From contig CAMCYE010000004.1 in NCBI GenBank assembly GCA_945883805.1, positions 9,917-73,916 on the forward strand: 64,000 nt of DNA, in the 5' to 3' direction. The DNA is from Victivallis vadensis. Its GTDB lineage: Bacteria > Verrucomicrobiota > Lentisphaeria > Victivallales > GWF2-50-93. The notes beneath the pieces are model-generated. The model saw nothing but the letters and a program-made list of their open reading frames with translations, was not told the DNA's origin and made no database searches. Position 1 is the first letter of the stretch. Every line of letters starts with the position of its first letter. The translations under genes and the position numbers were made by a program. Of the stretch, positions 18,824 through 29,429 are shown one piece after another.

Positions 18824-20929
18824 TTATTCCTTGTCGCCCATTTCCGCAAGGGCGGCTTTGCGACTGAGGCGGATTTTCCCGCGGTCGTCAACACCGATGA
18901 CTTTGACGGTTATCATATCGCCTTCCTGGCAGATGTCGGTAACCTTATTCACCCTGTAATCGGCCATTTCGGAAATATGGAGAAGTCCGTCCTGTCCGGG
19001 AATCAGTTCGACGAATGCGCCGAATTCCTTGATGGACCTGACCTGACCACGGTAGATTTTTCCGATTTCAACTTCGGCGGTTATGTCCTGGACAGCTTTT
19101 GTCGCTGCATCGAGGGCATCCTTGTTTGCGGCGAAGATCTTGACGCTTCCGTCATCTTCAATGTCAATCTGTGCGCCTGTTGATTCGGTAATGCCACGGA
19201 TAACACTTCCACCGGGGCCGATGAGGGCTCCGATTTTCTCGGTGTTTATCTTAAGGCTCACAATACGTGGGGCATATTTGCTCATTTCGGTTCTTGGAGC
19301 CGAAATACAGTCAGTCATCACTTTCAGGATCTTCGTCCTTGCTTCACGGTTGCGGAGCATGGCTGCATAGAGGAGATCAATTGAAACGCCGGCAATCTTG
19401 AGATCCAGCTGGAATCCGGTAATTCCCTTCGGGGTTCCGCACACCTTGAAATCCATGTCGCCGAAGTGATCTTCAGCGCCTATGATGTCGGTGAGGAGAA
19501 TGTTTTTGTCCCCTTCGGAAATGAGACCGCATGAAATTCCGGCAACCGGGTCTGTTATCGGTACGCCCGCATCCATGAGGGCAAGGGTTCCGCCACATAC
19601 GCTCGCCATTGAAGTCGAGCCGTTTGAGGCCATTATTTCAGAAACACATCTCACCGTGTAAGGATAATCGACCGGGATAACCTGTGCGAGCGAACGCTCA
19701 GCAAGGTTTCCATGACCAATCTCCCTGCGTCCGGGACCGGAAATTCTTCCGACTTCACCGACACTGAAATTCGGGAAGTTGTAATGCAGATAGAAATTTT
19801 TCATGTCTGATCCGCCTGTGATGGGATCGCTCTCCTGAGCATCGCGTCCTGCACCAAGGGTGACTATCACAAGCGCCTGGGTTTCACCGCGGGTGAAAAG
19901 GCCTGTTCCATGAACTCTGGGAAGCACGCCTACCTCGGAAGTTATGAGACGGAGTTCATCCATCCCCCTGCCGTCGGGGCGGATGCCCTTTTCAACAATT
20001 GCGAACCTGACAGTCTTCTCGACGAGATGGTCGAAACACATCTTGAGTTTCATATCCAGTTCTTCAACAGTTTCCTTGAACTTGGCGGTAATCTCGGCTG
20101 AAAGTTCCTTGAAGATAACGCCCAATGCATTCTGTCTGTCCTCTTTTCCAGTCATGAGGCATGCGCTGTCTATTTTTCCCTTGCAGAAATTATGGACGGC
20201 ATCCTTTACATTTTCCGGAACGAGATGGAGGGTCGGTTCTTTTTTCTTTCTTCCGCCGACTGCCGCAAGTTCTTTCTGCGCCTGAATCTGCTTTTCAACA
20301 ATTCCATTCGCGAAAATCAATGCGTCGCGTAAAAGCTCTTCGGAGCATTCCTTCGCATCGCCTTCGATCATGATGACTTTTCCGGCAACGCCCGCATAAA
20401 CAAGGTCAAGAGTGCTAGTGGCCATTTCAGTATGGGTCGGGTTCGCTACAAATTTTCCGTCGATACATCCGACGCGCAGTGCGCCGATAGGACCGCGGAA
20501 CGGAAGATCCGACAATGTCAGAGCCACTGAGGCGCCAAGGATTGTCAGCACATCGGATTCGTTTTCGCCGTCAGAACTCAGAAGCAGAGCCTGTATCTGG
20601 ATTTCATCGAAAAATCCTTCCGGGAACAGAGGCCGTACCGGGCGGTCAGTCATCCTGCATGTCAGGATTTCTTTTTCGCTGGGTCTTCCTTCCCGCTTTA
20701 TATAGCCACCGGGGAAACGGCCCGCCGCACTGTATTTTTCACGGTAGTCCACCTGTAACGGGAGAAAATCGGTGCCAGCTTTCGCCTTGCCCGAACAGCA
20801 CGCCACAAGTACCACAGTTTCACCGAGTTGAAGTATGCAGGATCCGTTGGCAAGATTCGCAAGTTTTCCGGTTGAGATCTCAATGATACGGCCGTTGCCG
20901 ATATCAACATTCACTTTTTTTTCACTCAT
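18824..20929 (-). CDS. pnp: Polyribonucleotide nucleotidyltransferase
   Basis: PGGYIKREGRP, RREIGHGNLA, SNGSTSMASVC, DHFGDMDFKV, KH and S1 domains. Confidence 0.98.
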   Translation of the reverse strand: MSEKKVNVDIGNGRIIEISTGKLANLANGSCILQLGETVVLVACCSGKAKAGTDFLPLQVDYREKYSAAGRFPGGYIKREGRPSEKEILTCRMTDRPVRPLFPEGFFDEIQIQALLLSSDGENESDVLTILGASVALTLSDLPFRGPIGALRVGCIDGKFVANPTHTEMATSTLDLVYAGVAGKVIMIEGDAKECSEELLRDALIFANGIVEKQIQAQKELAAVGGRKKKEPTLHLVPENVKDAVHNFCKGKIDSACLMTGKEDRQNALGVIFKELSAEITAKFKETVEELDMKLKMCFDHLVEKTVRFAIVEKGIRPDGRGMDELRLITSEVGVLPRVHGTGLFTRGETQALVIVTLGAGRDAQESDPITGGSDMKNFYLHYNFPNFSVGEVGRISGPGRREIGHGNLAERSLAQVIPVDYPYTVRCVSEIMASNGSTSMASVCGGTLALMDAGVPITDPVAGISCGLISEGDKNILLTDIIGAEDHFGDMDFKVCGTPKGITGFQLDLKIAGVSIDLLYAAMLRNREARTKILKVMTDCISAPRTEMSKYAPRIVSLKINTEKIGALIGPGGSVIRGITESTGAQIDIEDDGSVKIFAANKDALDAATKAVQDITAEVEIGKIYRGQVRSIKEFGAFVELIPGQDGLLHISEMADYRVNKVTDICQEGDMITVKVIGVDDRGKIRLSRKAALAEMGDKE

Positions 20930-21055
20930 TTCAATACCTTTTCTGTTTCACTGCAGTTTATCTGCAGCAATTGTTTTTTTTCGAAAACAAGAAGTAGTCA
21001 GGGTGATTGAATACGGAAAAGAATAACAGGAGTCAGAACAACCATAAATATGGCG

Positions 21056-21110
21056 GAATCGCGGTATCAAGTCCCGATTTGCATACGGAACCTGATAGCG
21101 GCCGAATTCC
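21056..21110 (-). promoter_or_regulatory. Long irregular stem in rpsO-pnp leader (possible RNase III site)
   Basis: GGAATCGCGGTATCAAGTCCCG...CGGAACCTGATAGCGGCCGAATTCC; analogous position to the E. coli pnp leader. Confidence 0.35.
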
Positions 21111-21175
21111 ACTCAGATTTCGACGGTTGCAGTCATCTGTTAGTATATTCCGTTTTCAGTCAGACTGAAAACTGC

Positions 21176-21445
21176 TTATTTATTTTTCCTGATATTCAGC
21201 TCTGTCGTGAGAGACTGATATTTCTCATGATTCTTCTTATTCAGATAGCTGAGAAGCTTGCGCCTTTTGCTGACAATATCCATCAGGCCTTTTCTCGAAC
21301 TTATGTCCTTCTTATGGCTTCTGAGATGCTCTGTGAGCTCGTTAATCCGTTCGGACATGAGGGCGATTTGGACTTCAGAAGAACCCGTGTCTCCCGCTTT
21401 CCTTCCGTACTTCTCCATCACTTCTTTCTTTGCACTTACATTCAT
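21176..21445 (-). CDS. rpsO: 30S ribosomal protein S15
   Basis: DTGSSEVQIA, HKKDISSRKGL, upstream of pnp. Confidence 0.97.
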   Translation of the reverse strand: MNVSAKKEVMEKYGRKAGDTGSSEVQIALMSERINELTEHLRSHKKDISSRKGLMDIVSKRRKLLSYLNKKNHEKYQSLTTELNIRKNK

Positions 21446-21567
21446 GAAATCTGTAAATCCTTATATTTTCAACACTTTTTCACTTAAAAAATCAAAATCA
21501 GTTGGAACTTTAAACCGAAACAGTTTTTTTACAATATGAATATTGAAAAAAGATAAAATTTTATTAT

Positions 21568-21604
21568 AAAAAGGAAAGGAGCCACGACGGCTCCTTCCCT
21601 TTTT
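21568..21604 (-). terminator. Terminator after ilvB
   Basis: AAAAAGGAAAGGAGCC-ACGAC-GGCTCCTTCCCTTTTT hairpin. Confidence 0.7.
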
Positions 21605-23318
21605 ATTCGTACAATATGTCCTTATATGTTTTCCCCGGAGGAATCATTGGCAGGACATGTTCGTGATATTCCACATGAACGTCGAGGACAAACGAACCCT
21701 TCGTCTCAAGCATTTCACGGATTGCGTCTTCCAAGTCTTCCTTCCTGTAAACTTCGCGGCCGGGAATCATATATCCCTTTGCGATAGTCACAAAATCCGG
21801 ATACGGACGGTCGACACGTTCATTTTTCAGAACTGTGTTGCCACGGCGACTCCCGTAAAAACGATCCTCCCACTGCGCGACCATTCCGAGATGCTGGTTG
21901 TTCAGGATTATAGTCTTGACCTCTATTTCCTCGGTATGGAGCGTGCCGAGCTCCTGAATGTTCATCTGGAAGCTTCCGTCACCGTCAATATTGACGACAA
22001 GCTTGTCGGGCATTGCGACTTTCGCACCCATGGCTGCGGGAAAACCGAACCCCATGGCCCCGAGTCCGCCGGAAGCGAGCAACTGGCGGGGATGCCTATA
22101 CGTGTAATACTGGGCCGCCCACATCTGATGCTGTCCGACCCCTGGCACGATAATCGCCTCCCCATGAGTGAGACGGCAAAGGGTCTGAATGACATGCTGA
22201 GGCTGGATTTTACCGCTTTCCTTGTATGTAAGCGGGAATTTTCGTTTCCATTCAGCTATCTGCTGGAACCAGTCGGCATATTTTTTCTTCACCGGCTTTT
22301 CATTGAGGGCGTCAAGAACATCCTTGACATTCGCAATGACCGCTATGTCGGCAGGAACATTCTTGTTTATCTCCGACCTATCAACGTCGACATGGATTAT
22401 TTTCGCGTTTACGGCGAATGAACTGGTTGGCCCGGTCACACGGTCGTCGAAACGGGCGCCGAGCGTAATAAGCAGATCGCATTCGTTTGCCGCGTTGTTG
22501 GCGTAAACAGTGCCATGCATTCCGAGCCACTTGAGCGACAGCGGGTGATCTTCCGGAAAACAGCCTATCCCCATCAGAGTGGTCGTCACCGGGATATTGT
22601 ATATCTCCGCGAATTTCCTAAGCGAATCCGAGGCTCCCGACGTTATTATCCCGCCGCCCGCATAGATGCACGGACGCTTGCACTTTTCAATCGCGTCACG
22701 GATGGCTTCAATGTCGGCCTTGTTTATCGCATGATCCGGACGATAATTCCGGTCTGTAAGCTTTTCCGGAAAAACCGGAACGCAAACCTGCTGTTGAACA
22801 TTCTTGGGCAGATCAATCAAAACGGGCCCCGGCCTGCCGCTGTTGGCAAGGTAAAACGCCTCGGCAAAAACCCCCGGAATCTCACTCGCATCAAGGACAA
22901 GGTAACTGTGCTTGACTATCGGCCTGGTTACGCCGATGATGTCTATTTCCTGGAATGCGTTCTTCCCTATAAGCTTCGAGCTGACCTGTCCCGTTATGGC
23001 AACCATCGGGGTCGAATCCATATACGCGTCGGCTATTCCGGTAATGAGATTCGTCGCTCCAGGTCCGCTGGTCGCCATGCAGACACCTGTCTCACCGGTG
23101 GCGCGCGCCATTCCGGCCGCCGCAAACGCACCTCCCTGTTCATGCCGGGGCAGTATGACACGTATCTTTGAATCCTGAAGTGCTTGGTGAAGCTCCAAGG
23201 CCGCTCCTCCCGGATATGCGAAAACTGTCTTCACATTAGCGCGTTCCAGACATTTAATGGCTATGGTTGCGCCCTTCATCGGCTCCTGCCGACCGTCATT
23301 TTTCAATAATTTCTTCAT
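21603..23318 (-). CDS. ilvB: Acetolactate synthase large subunit
   Basis: RHEQGG, TSGPGATN, LGMHG, GQHQMWAAQ, GDGSFQMN. Confidence 0.95.
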   Translation of the reverse strand: MKKLLKNDGRQEPMKGATIAIKCLERANVKTVFAYPGGAALELHQALQDSKIRVILPRHEQGGAFAAAGMARATGETGVCMATSGPGATNLITGIADAYMDSTPMVAITGQVSSKLIGKNAFQEIDIIGVTRPIVKHSYLVLDASEIPGVFAEAFYLANSGRPGPVLIDLPKNVQQQVCVPVFPEKLTDRNYRPDHAINKADIEAIRDAIEKCKRPCIYAGGGIITSGASDSLRKFAEIYNIPVTTTLMGIGCFPEDHPLSLKWLGMHGTVYANNAANECDLLITLGARFDDRVTGPTSSFAVNAKIIHVDVDRSEINKNVPADIAVIANVKDVLDALNEKPVKKKYADWFQQIAEWKRKFPLTYKESGKIQPQHVIQTLCRLTHGEAIIVPGVGQHQMWAAQYYTYRHPRQLLASGGLGAMGFGFPAAMGAKVAMPDKLVVNIDGDGSFQMNIQELGTLHTEEIEVKTIILNNQHLGMVAQWEDRFYGSRRGNTVLKNERVDRPYPDFVTIAKGYMIPGREVYRKEDLEDAIREMLETKGSFVLDVHVEYHEHVLPMIPPGKTYKDILYE

Positions 23319-23523
23319 TTTTACCTTTAATTTTTAATTCGGGCTAATATCCTACCGCTTCACATTCACTTTTCAATATATGCCCGTAAAGAAATCTTCA
23401 TTTTGCGCGAATTTCCCCGCATCGGCATCACCGGCAAGTAATACGAGGGAAGCAAACGACTTCGTCGCATGAACTTAAGAAAACCTTTATTTCCAAAATC
23501 TGCGGGGAACTGTATATTGTCTC

Positions 23524-24249
23524 ATGAAAAAAGCATGGATGGTAATAATCATAATCGCCTCAGTCATCGCATTCGCCGGGATGGGATTTGTTGTTTTCAA
23601 GAAGGTGAAGCCTTCAGTCCTCAACAAACAGATTGCTTCGGGCGGAGCTGACCCAAACGGCTCGATAAAACGGCTCTCCAGGAAGGCCAAGCCCATCAGT
23701 AAAATAATAAACCTGAGATATCAGACACCCACGCAGTCATCTTCCGAACTGCTTGATGAATTCTCCTCCCTCGACGTGGACGGCAGAATAAAATACATCG
23801 CATCGCTTTACACCTATGAACCGTCACTTCTGACGCTCGCCCTTTCCGACAAATCCAAAGATGTCAGAATCGCCGCCATCAGATTCATCTCCTACATCCC
23901 CGAAGACCAAGTGGATATCGCCCCGTTCATGTCGATAGGCCTGGACGACGAGTTGCTGGAAGTCCGCGAGGAAGCCCGCAACACGATGGATTACATCGTC
24001 GACGTCAACACCATGTTGAAAATAATGCGGGGCTCCATAGACTCAAGATACGCGGATACAAGATTGAAATGCGTTTCCGAAGCCGCCAAACTCGGTGTTT
24101 CAAAAGAGGATTTAAAAGAATTGACCCTCAAGGCGCTCGCAGATGAGGACAGGAACGTCCAGGATACCGCCCTTAAAACCGCTTCATTTCTCTGGGGAAA
24201 GGAATTCAAATCCGAACAAGAAGCCATTGAATACATTTCCAGCCACTAA
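23524..24249 (+). CDS. Membrane-anchored HEAT-repeat protein
   Basis: N-terminal hydrophobic helix; repeated LxDxxxxVR motifs. Confidence 0.65.
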   Translation: MKKAWMVIIIIASVIAFAGMGFVVFKKVKPSVLNKQIASGGADPNGSIKRLSRKAKPISKIINLRYQTPTQSSSELLDEFSSLDVDGRIKYIASLYTYEPSLLTLALSDKSKDVRIAAIRFISYIPEDQVDIAPFMSIGLDDELLEVREEARNTMDYIVDVNTMLKIMRGSIDSRYADTRLKCVSEAAKLGVSKEDLKELTLKALADEDRNVQDTALKTASFLWGKEFKSEQEAIEYISSH

Positions 24250-24426
24250 TTTAAGTGTTAATTTTTAGGTTTTAAGTTTTAAGTTACACAAGAATTCAAG
24301 TTTGACGACTTGACAGTTTAGAGTTTCAAGAGAAGCATTTCCCGTTCCCGGAAAATCTTGTATCTTAAACTTAACACTTAAAACCTAACACTTAAAACCT
24401 AAAACTTGAAACTTAAAACTAAATTG
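24250..24426. repeat. Inverted heptamer arrays (TTAAAAC/TTAACAC)
   Basis: GTTTTAAG arrays followed by CTTAAAAC/CTAACAC arrays. Confidence 0.8.
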
Positions 24427-24434
24427 GTGTATTC

Positions 24435-26162
24435 TTGGAATTGATAATAAGCAACCTGCGGATACCCGTTGAGAAGGACGGGATTGACGAATATGTGAAA
24501 GCCGCTTCACAAAAGCTGGAATTTGGCGCGGAAACCATAAAATTCTCCCGGATGCTCAGCAAGTCGCTCGACATGTCCGACAAAGATCAGTTCTTCTATG
24601 ATGTCTCAGTAGTTGTCACTGTCCCGGACAATTTCGACAACAGGCAAGACTTCCCTGCATATAATGCATGTAATTGCAAAACACAAGAAACGGTCGCGAC
24701 AAGCCCTGGTCGCCTTTGGAGCCGCCATATGCGGGTAAACACAACCCTCCATAATGCCGGAACAGATAAAAGTGGAGGGCGAGGCTTGTCCGAGCCGCAG
24801 TTATCTATTCACCCCTTAGAAAAAACTGAAAAACCGGCAAACATCAAGGAACGCCCCATAATCGTGGGGTTCGGTCCCGCCGGGATGTTTGCCGCACTAG
24901 AACTTTTGAATTATGGAATTAGGCCAATAATCTTCGAACGCGGTAAAAAGATAGAGGAGCGCGACATTGATGTTCAAAAGTTCGTCCGGGAAAGGGAGCT
25001 GGACCCGGAGTCGAACATCCAATTCGGCGAAGGCGGCGCTGGGTCATACTCGGACGGAAAACTGTTTTCAAGAATCAGGAATAATTCCGGACACGTGAAC
25101 AGGGTGCTCGACACTCTGATAAAGTTCGGCGCGCCGGAAGAAATAGGTTACATCAGCAAACCGCATCTCGGCACAGACGTGCTGTGCAGGATAGTCCGCA
25201 ACATACGGAATCACGTCCTTGAGAGAGGCGGCGAAATACATTACAATTCAAAACTCACCGACATCATCTCATCTGACGGGAAAATCCGGGGAGTGGTGGT
25301 GAACGGTGAAAAGGAATACCTTTCTTCAACAGTCTATCTTGCGGTCGGGCATTCTGCGCGCGACACGTTTGAGATTCTCCACGGCAAAGGCGTCGCCATT
25401 GAGCAGAAGCCGATTTCCGTAGGCGTCAGGGTTGAGCATCCTGCTGAAATCATCAATCTCATAAGGTACGGCTACAAATACAAGGACTTCCGCGGCATAG
25501 GGGCGGCCACGTATTCCTTCAACCATACCGACCGGAAAACAGGAAGGGGAGCATACACGTTCTGCATGTGCCCCGGTGGCGAGGTGGTGAACGCCTCATC
25601 TGAAAAGGGCATGCTGGTTCTAAACGGCATGAGCTACTCCCGCAGGGCTTCGCCATTCTCGAATTCGGCGATTGCAGTGACCTGCCGGACGGATGATTAT
25701 AAGACCGCAAGCCCGCTGGCGGGAATTGAATTCCAAAAGGATATGGAGCGAAGGGCGTTCAACGCAACAGGGGGAACTTGGAGGGCTCCAGCACAGAATC
25801 TGATGGATTTCCTGAACCGAAAAAACTCCCTCGAGCTAAATGAAAACTCCTACAAGATGGGCGTCGCATCCGTCAACATGAATGAAATCCTGCCCGGATT
25901 CGTGTGCGAATCTCTCGCGACCGCATTCAACAAATGGAAAGAGGATTATCCTCTCTTTGTTTCAGAACATGCCATTTTGCTCGGCGTTGAAACAAGGACT
26001 TCCTCCCCGGTAAAAATCATGCGCAATGAAAAATATGAATCCGTGAACATGGGGAACCTGTATCCGATAGGCGAAGGTTCCGGCTATACCGGCGGTATAA
26101 CAAGTTCGGCTGCGGATGCCATAAAGGCAGTGGAACTCAGCGCTTTATCCCATTTGCAGTAG
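24435..26162 (+). CDS. FAD-dependent oxidoreductase with an in-frame repeat insertion
   Basis: VGFGPAG, QFGEGGAGSYSDGKL, FCMCPGG, ETRTSSP, GEGSGYTGGITSSAADA; insert at ~24668-24800. Confidence 0.88.
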   Translation: MELIISNLRIPVEKDGIDEYVKAASQKLEFGAETIKFSRMLSKSLDMSDKDQFFYDVSVVVTVPDNFDNRQDFPAYNACNCKTQETVATSPGRLWSRHMRVNTTLHNAGTDKSGGRGLSEPQLSIHPLEKTEKPANIKERPIIVGFGPAGMFAALELLNYGIRPIIFERGKKIEERDIDVQKFVRERELDPESNIQFGEGGAGSYSDGKLFSRIRNNSGHVNRVLDTLIKFGAPEEIGYISKPHLGTDVLCRIVRNIRNHVLERGGEIHYNSKLTDIISSDGKIRGVVVNGEKEYLSSTVYLAVGHSARDTFEILHGKGVAIEQKPISVGVRVEHPAEIINLIRYGYKYKDFRGIGAATYSFNHTDRKTGRGAYTFCMCPGGEVVNASSEKGMLVLNGMSYSRRASPFSNSAIAVTCRTDDYKTASPLAGIEFQKDMERRAFNATGGTWRAPAQNLMDFLNRKNSLELNENSYKMGVASVNMNEILPGFVCESLATAFNKWKEDYPLFVSEHAILLGVETRTSSPVKIMRNEKYESVNMGNLYPIGEGSGYTGGITSSAADAIKAVELSALSHLQ

Positions 26163-26319
26163 CACAAGGCATCTTGCCTATACTGTCTTTGAGCGTCCCC
26201 CCCCATCTTGTTATTATTACAAGACTACAGCGCGCGCCGCAAGAGCCATTTTTCACGCATGGGAAAACTAGTATCCTAGCAAAAGTGGAAGCCTGGCAAT
26301 CTATCAGTCTACCCGTTTA

Positions 26320-27753
26320 CTAGCAGGACAGGATCGCCTCCATCGCTTCAATCTCCCGTTCACGCGCCCTTGCGCAGTGCATCGGATCCAGATTGCCGGT
26401 CGCAGGATGGAACGGGAGAGGTTTCAAAGTGTCGGCATCAAGCGTCTGAACCATCAATCCCCCGATTTTTTCATTCGGATAATTAAGATAGGTTGCGTTC
26501 TGGGCTTTTTTGTACATTTTAAGACAAGAACCATCCCCGGTCATTTCATAAAGCTTGATTGATGCCGCACAGCATTCCCTGACATTCCACCATGGGGAAG
26601 TCCTGTATTTATTTCCCTCAGGGCCGGTCTTGTCATAGACTCCCTCGCATGTCAAAAGGTCAATGTTTTTGTACATCACCCCTGCGGCGCTATATCCGTT
26701 TTCCGAGATGAACCGCATTATTTTGAGCAGTTCCGGAGCATGTCCAAATTTACGCTTATCGCATTTTAAATCCGCAGGCAAGACGCCTGTGTTACATTTT
26801 CGGGTGAAATCCTCAAGTTCGGCAATGAAAGCGCATGCTTCCGCAACATGACCGGGATCGCATATCTGATACCCGTCCTGATTTATATAGGGACGTCCGT
26901 CCATGCAATTGTATTCCCAAAAATGACCGGTAGGCGGATCATAGAAACGACTGATGATGAACTCCGAGATCATTGCCCCCTGCCCCAACAGTTTTTCCTT
27001 CAGGCTTTTCGTATCTATTTCAGGACAATTGACATGTTCCAGGCATTTCAAAGTATCTACGATCGCCCCCAGCGTAACCATTGCAAACCCGTGTCCGCTG
27101 TAAGGATTCCGTTTTTTCGTGACATGGTCGACATTCCTGAAGTTCATCCCGCAATCAACAGATTCCTCTAGGAATCTAAGGCCCAATGCAAGGGATTCCG
27201 GGCAATTTTTCATCAGTCCGTACTGCATGAACCCGGCTGCGGCAAAAACATGCGTGGGTTCGCATTCCCCAGGGGCGCATGGGATATTGACAGGATCGTC
27301 GGAGGCTTTATTTGTCAATACATCGACAATGAACGGAATCCTTCCGCCATTGATCTCGCATCTCTCCATCAGGCATTTGTAAATAAAACCGCAGTATTCA
27401 TTAAAAAATCTCCTCAGGTTGACTTTTCTTCCGCAAATATCCGTGTCCTCGTCCAATATGGCGTTTTTTGCAAGCAGATAGGACCAGATTCCGAGTCCGC
27501 GGCAATCGCCCCAGCTCCAGACCTTCTGGTTTTCAAGAGGTCTCATTACTCCGCTTATCGAATCGACTTCCCCGAAAAGGCCCGGATAGATCACTCCGGG
27601 ATATTTTTCCTCAAATCCGATTTTTATTTCAGCGAAATACCTTAAAATCCTCAGCTGATATTTTCTATTGAAATCAACAAGCCTGATTAAAACATCCCTG
27701 TCTAAACTTGCTTCTTCCAATATAAACAACTCATTTCTCGAAACTTTTTTCAT
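26320..27753 (-). CDS. AGE/cellobiose-2-epimerase-like (alpha/alpha)6 protein
   Basis: KVWSWGDCRGL, DPGHVAE, PWWNVRE, DPMH resemble AGE-family motifs. Confidence 0.55.
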   Translation of the reverse strand: MKKVSRNELFILEEASLDRDVLIRLVDFNRKYQLRILRYFAEIKIGFEEKYPGVIYPGLFGEVDSISGVMRPLENQKVWSWGDCRGLGIWSYLLAKNAILDEDTDICGRKVNLRRFFNEYCGFIYKCLMERCEINGGRIPFIVDVLTNKASDDPVNIPCAPGECEPTHVFAAAGFMQYGLMKNCPESLALGLRFLEESVDCGMNFRNVDHVTKKRNPYSGHGFAMVTLGAIVDTLKCLEHVNCPEIDTKSLKEKLLGQGAMISEFIISRFYDPPTGHFWEYNCMDGRPYINQDGYQICDPGHVAEACAFIAELEDFTRKCNTGVLPADLKCDKRKFGHAPELLKIMRFISENGYSAAGVMYKNIDLLTCEGVYDKTGPEGNKYRTSPWWNVRECCAASIKLYEMTGDGSCLKMYKKAQNATYLNYPNEKIGGLMVQTLDADTLKPLPFHPATGNLDPMHCARAREREIEAMEAILSC

Positions 27754-27895
27754 GCAACCGTATCCCTGTCTCAGTTTTGCGTGCTATAGTTTTTCAGGAA
27801 AAACAATTTCTATTTTTCCTGAAAGACTATATTGTCAAAACAACATTGTCAATGATTTGCTTTTGCGTGCTTATCGCAAAACAAAAGGAGAAACT

Positions 27896-29371
27896 ATGGC
27901 GAACAAAGGTGAAAAACAGCACAAATCCATTTTACAGAATATCGCGCGCCGGGTGATGCTTGAAAGGGGACTTCTTCCTGATTTTCCGCCGAGGGCGCTT
28001 GCCGAACTCGACAGGATAAAGGGGCCTGCCGCCCAGAGCGTTGAAGTTCCCCACGACCTCAGGAACCTGATATGGTGCTCGATAGACAATGACGACTCCC
28101 GCGATCTGGATCAGCTCTCAGTCGCCGAAGCCATGCCTTCCGGGAACATAAAGGTGCTGGTCGCCATTGCCGATGTCGATGCACTGGTTGGTAAATCTTC
28201 CGCAATTGACAATCATGCGCGGCACAACACCACATCCGTGTACACCGCCGCGGAAATATTCCCCCTGCTCCCAGAAAAACTGTCTACAGATCTCACGTCC
28301 CTCAATTATGAATGCGAACGCATCGCCGTTGTCATTGAAATGGTGGTGACCGACGACGGGAAAATTGAAAGTTCGGACCTGTACAGTGCAACTGTCCGCA
28401 ACCATGCGAAACTCTGCTACAACAGCGTTGGAGCCTGGCTGGAAGGCAGCGGCCCCATGCCCAGTGAAATCAGTGCCGTATCCGGCCTCGAGGAAAATAT
28501 CCGGCTCCAGGACGCGGCCGCACAAAACTTGAAATCACTCCGCTATATCAATGGCGCACTGGATTTTGAAACAATCAAGGCCCGTCCCAGATTTGAAGGG
28601 AATGAGCTCAAGGACATGATAGGTGAAAAACGAAACAGGGCGACAGAACTCATTGAGAACTTCATGGTGGCCGCCAACGGTGTCACCGCAAGATTCCTCG
28701 CGTCGGAGAAATTCCCGTCACTGCGCCGCGTTGTACGCACCCCGAAACGCTGGGAACGGATTGTCGAGCTTGCACTGGAGAGGAGATGCTCCCTCCCTGA
28801 TGAACCGGATTCAAAGGCGCTGGAAAAATTCCTTGAATCAGAACAGGCGGCTGATCCGCTCCGCTTTCCGGATCTCTCCCTCAGCATAATCAAGCTTCTT
28901 GGCCCAGGCGAATACGTCGTCGAACTTCCGGGCGGAAGTTCGGAAGGCCACTTCGGACTGGCGGTAAAAGATTACACTCACTCTACGGCGCCAAACCGCC
29001 GGTATCCGGACATTATAACGCAACGACTCCTCAAATCGGCAAAATCCGGACGCCCCGTTCCTTATCAGAACGATGAACTTGAATCCCTTGCGAAACACTG
29101 CACCTCCCAAGAGAATGCGGCGAAGAAAGTCGAACGACAGGTCGGGAAATCCGCAACTGCACTACTGCTGGAAAAGAGAATAGGGGAAAGATTCGACGCA
29201 ATAGTGACCGGCGCATCCGAAAAAGGGACATGGGTACGCATTATGAACCCGCCGGTCGAAGGAAGACTCGCCAGCGGGTTTGAGGGCCTGGATGTCGGAC
29301 GCAGCCTGAAGGTCCAGCTTGTCAGGACCGATGTCGAACACGGATATATCGACTTTAAAGGAATCCTCTAA
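27896..29371 (+). CDS. RNB-domain (RNase II/R family) ribonuclease
   Basis: SIDNDDSRDLDQ, IENFMVAAN, YTHSTAPNRRYPD; AGGAG RBS before ATG 27896. Confidence 0.92.
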   Translation: MANKGEKQHKSILQNIARRVMLERGLLPDFPPRALAELDRIKGPAAQSVEVPHDLRNLIWCSIDNDDSRDLDQLSVAEAMPSGNIKVLVAIADVDALVGKSSAIDNHARHNTTSVYTAAEIFPLLPEKLSTDLTSLNYECERIAVVIEMVVTDDGKIESSDLYSATVRNHAKLCYNSVGAWLEGSGPMPSEISAVSGLEENIRLQDAAAQNLKSLRYINGALDFETIKARPRFEGNELKDMIGEKRNRATELIENFMVAANGVTARFLASEKFPSLRRVVRTPKRWERIVELALERRCSLPDEPDSKALEKFLESEQAADPLRFPDLSLSIIKLLGPGEYVVELPGGSSEGHFGLAVKDYTHSTAPNRRYPDIITQRLLKSAKSGRPVPYQNDELESLAKHCTSQENAAKKVERQVGKSATALLLEKRIGERFDAIVTGASEKGTWVRIMNPPVEGRLASGFEGLDVGRSLKVQLVRTDVEHGYIDFKGIL

Positions 29372-29429
29372 GTTGATTTTTTCCTGTTAACGCATATTGT
29401 AAGAACTGTCAAAACACATGAGGTCTTTT

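Noticed and set aside
18454-19183. ORFs 18454-18660 and 18524-19183
   Set aside because: Read through nested repeats; the longer one is also antisense to pnp
24250-24426. Tandem repeats as a CRISPR array
   Set aside because: 7-bp units without unique spacers; no cas genes in the window
27668-27895. N-terminal extension of the RNB ORF
   Set aside because: Overlaps the opposite-strand gene; strong RBS at ATG 27896
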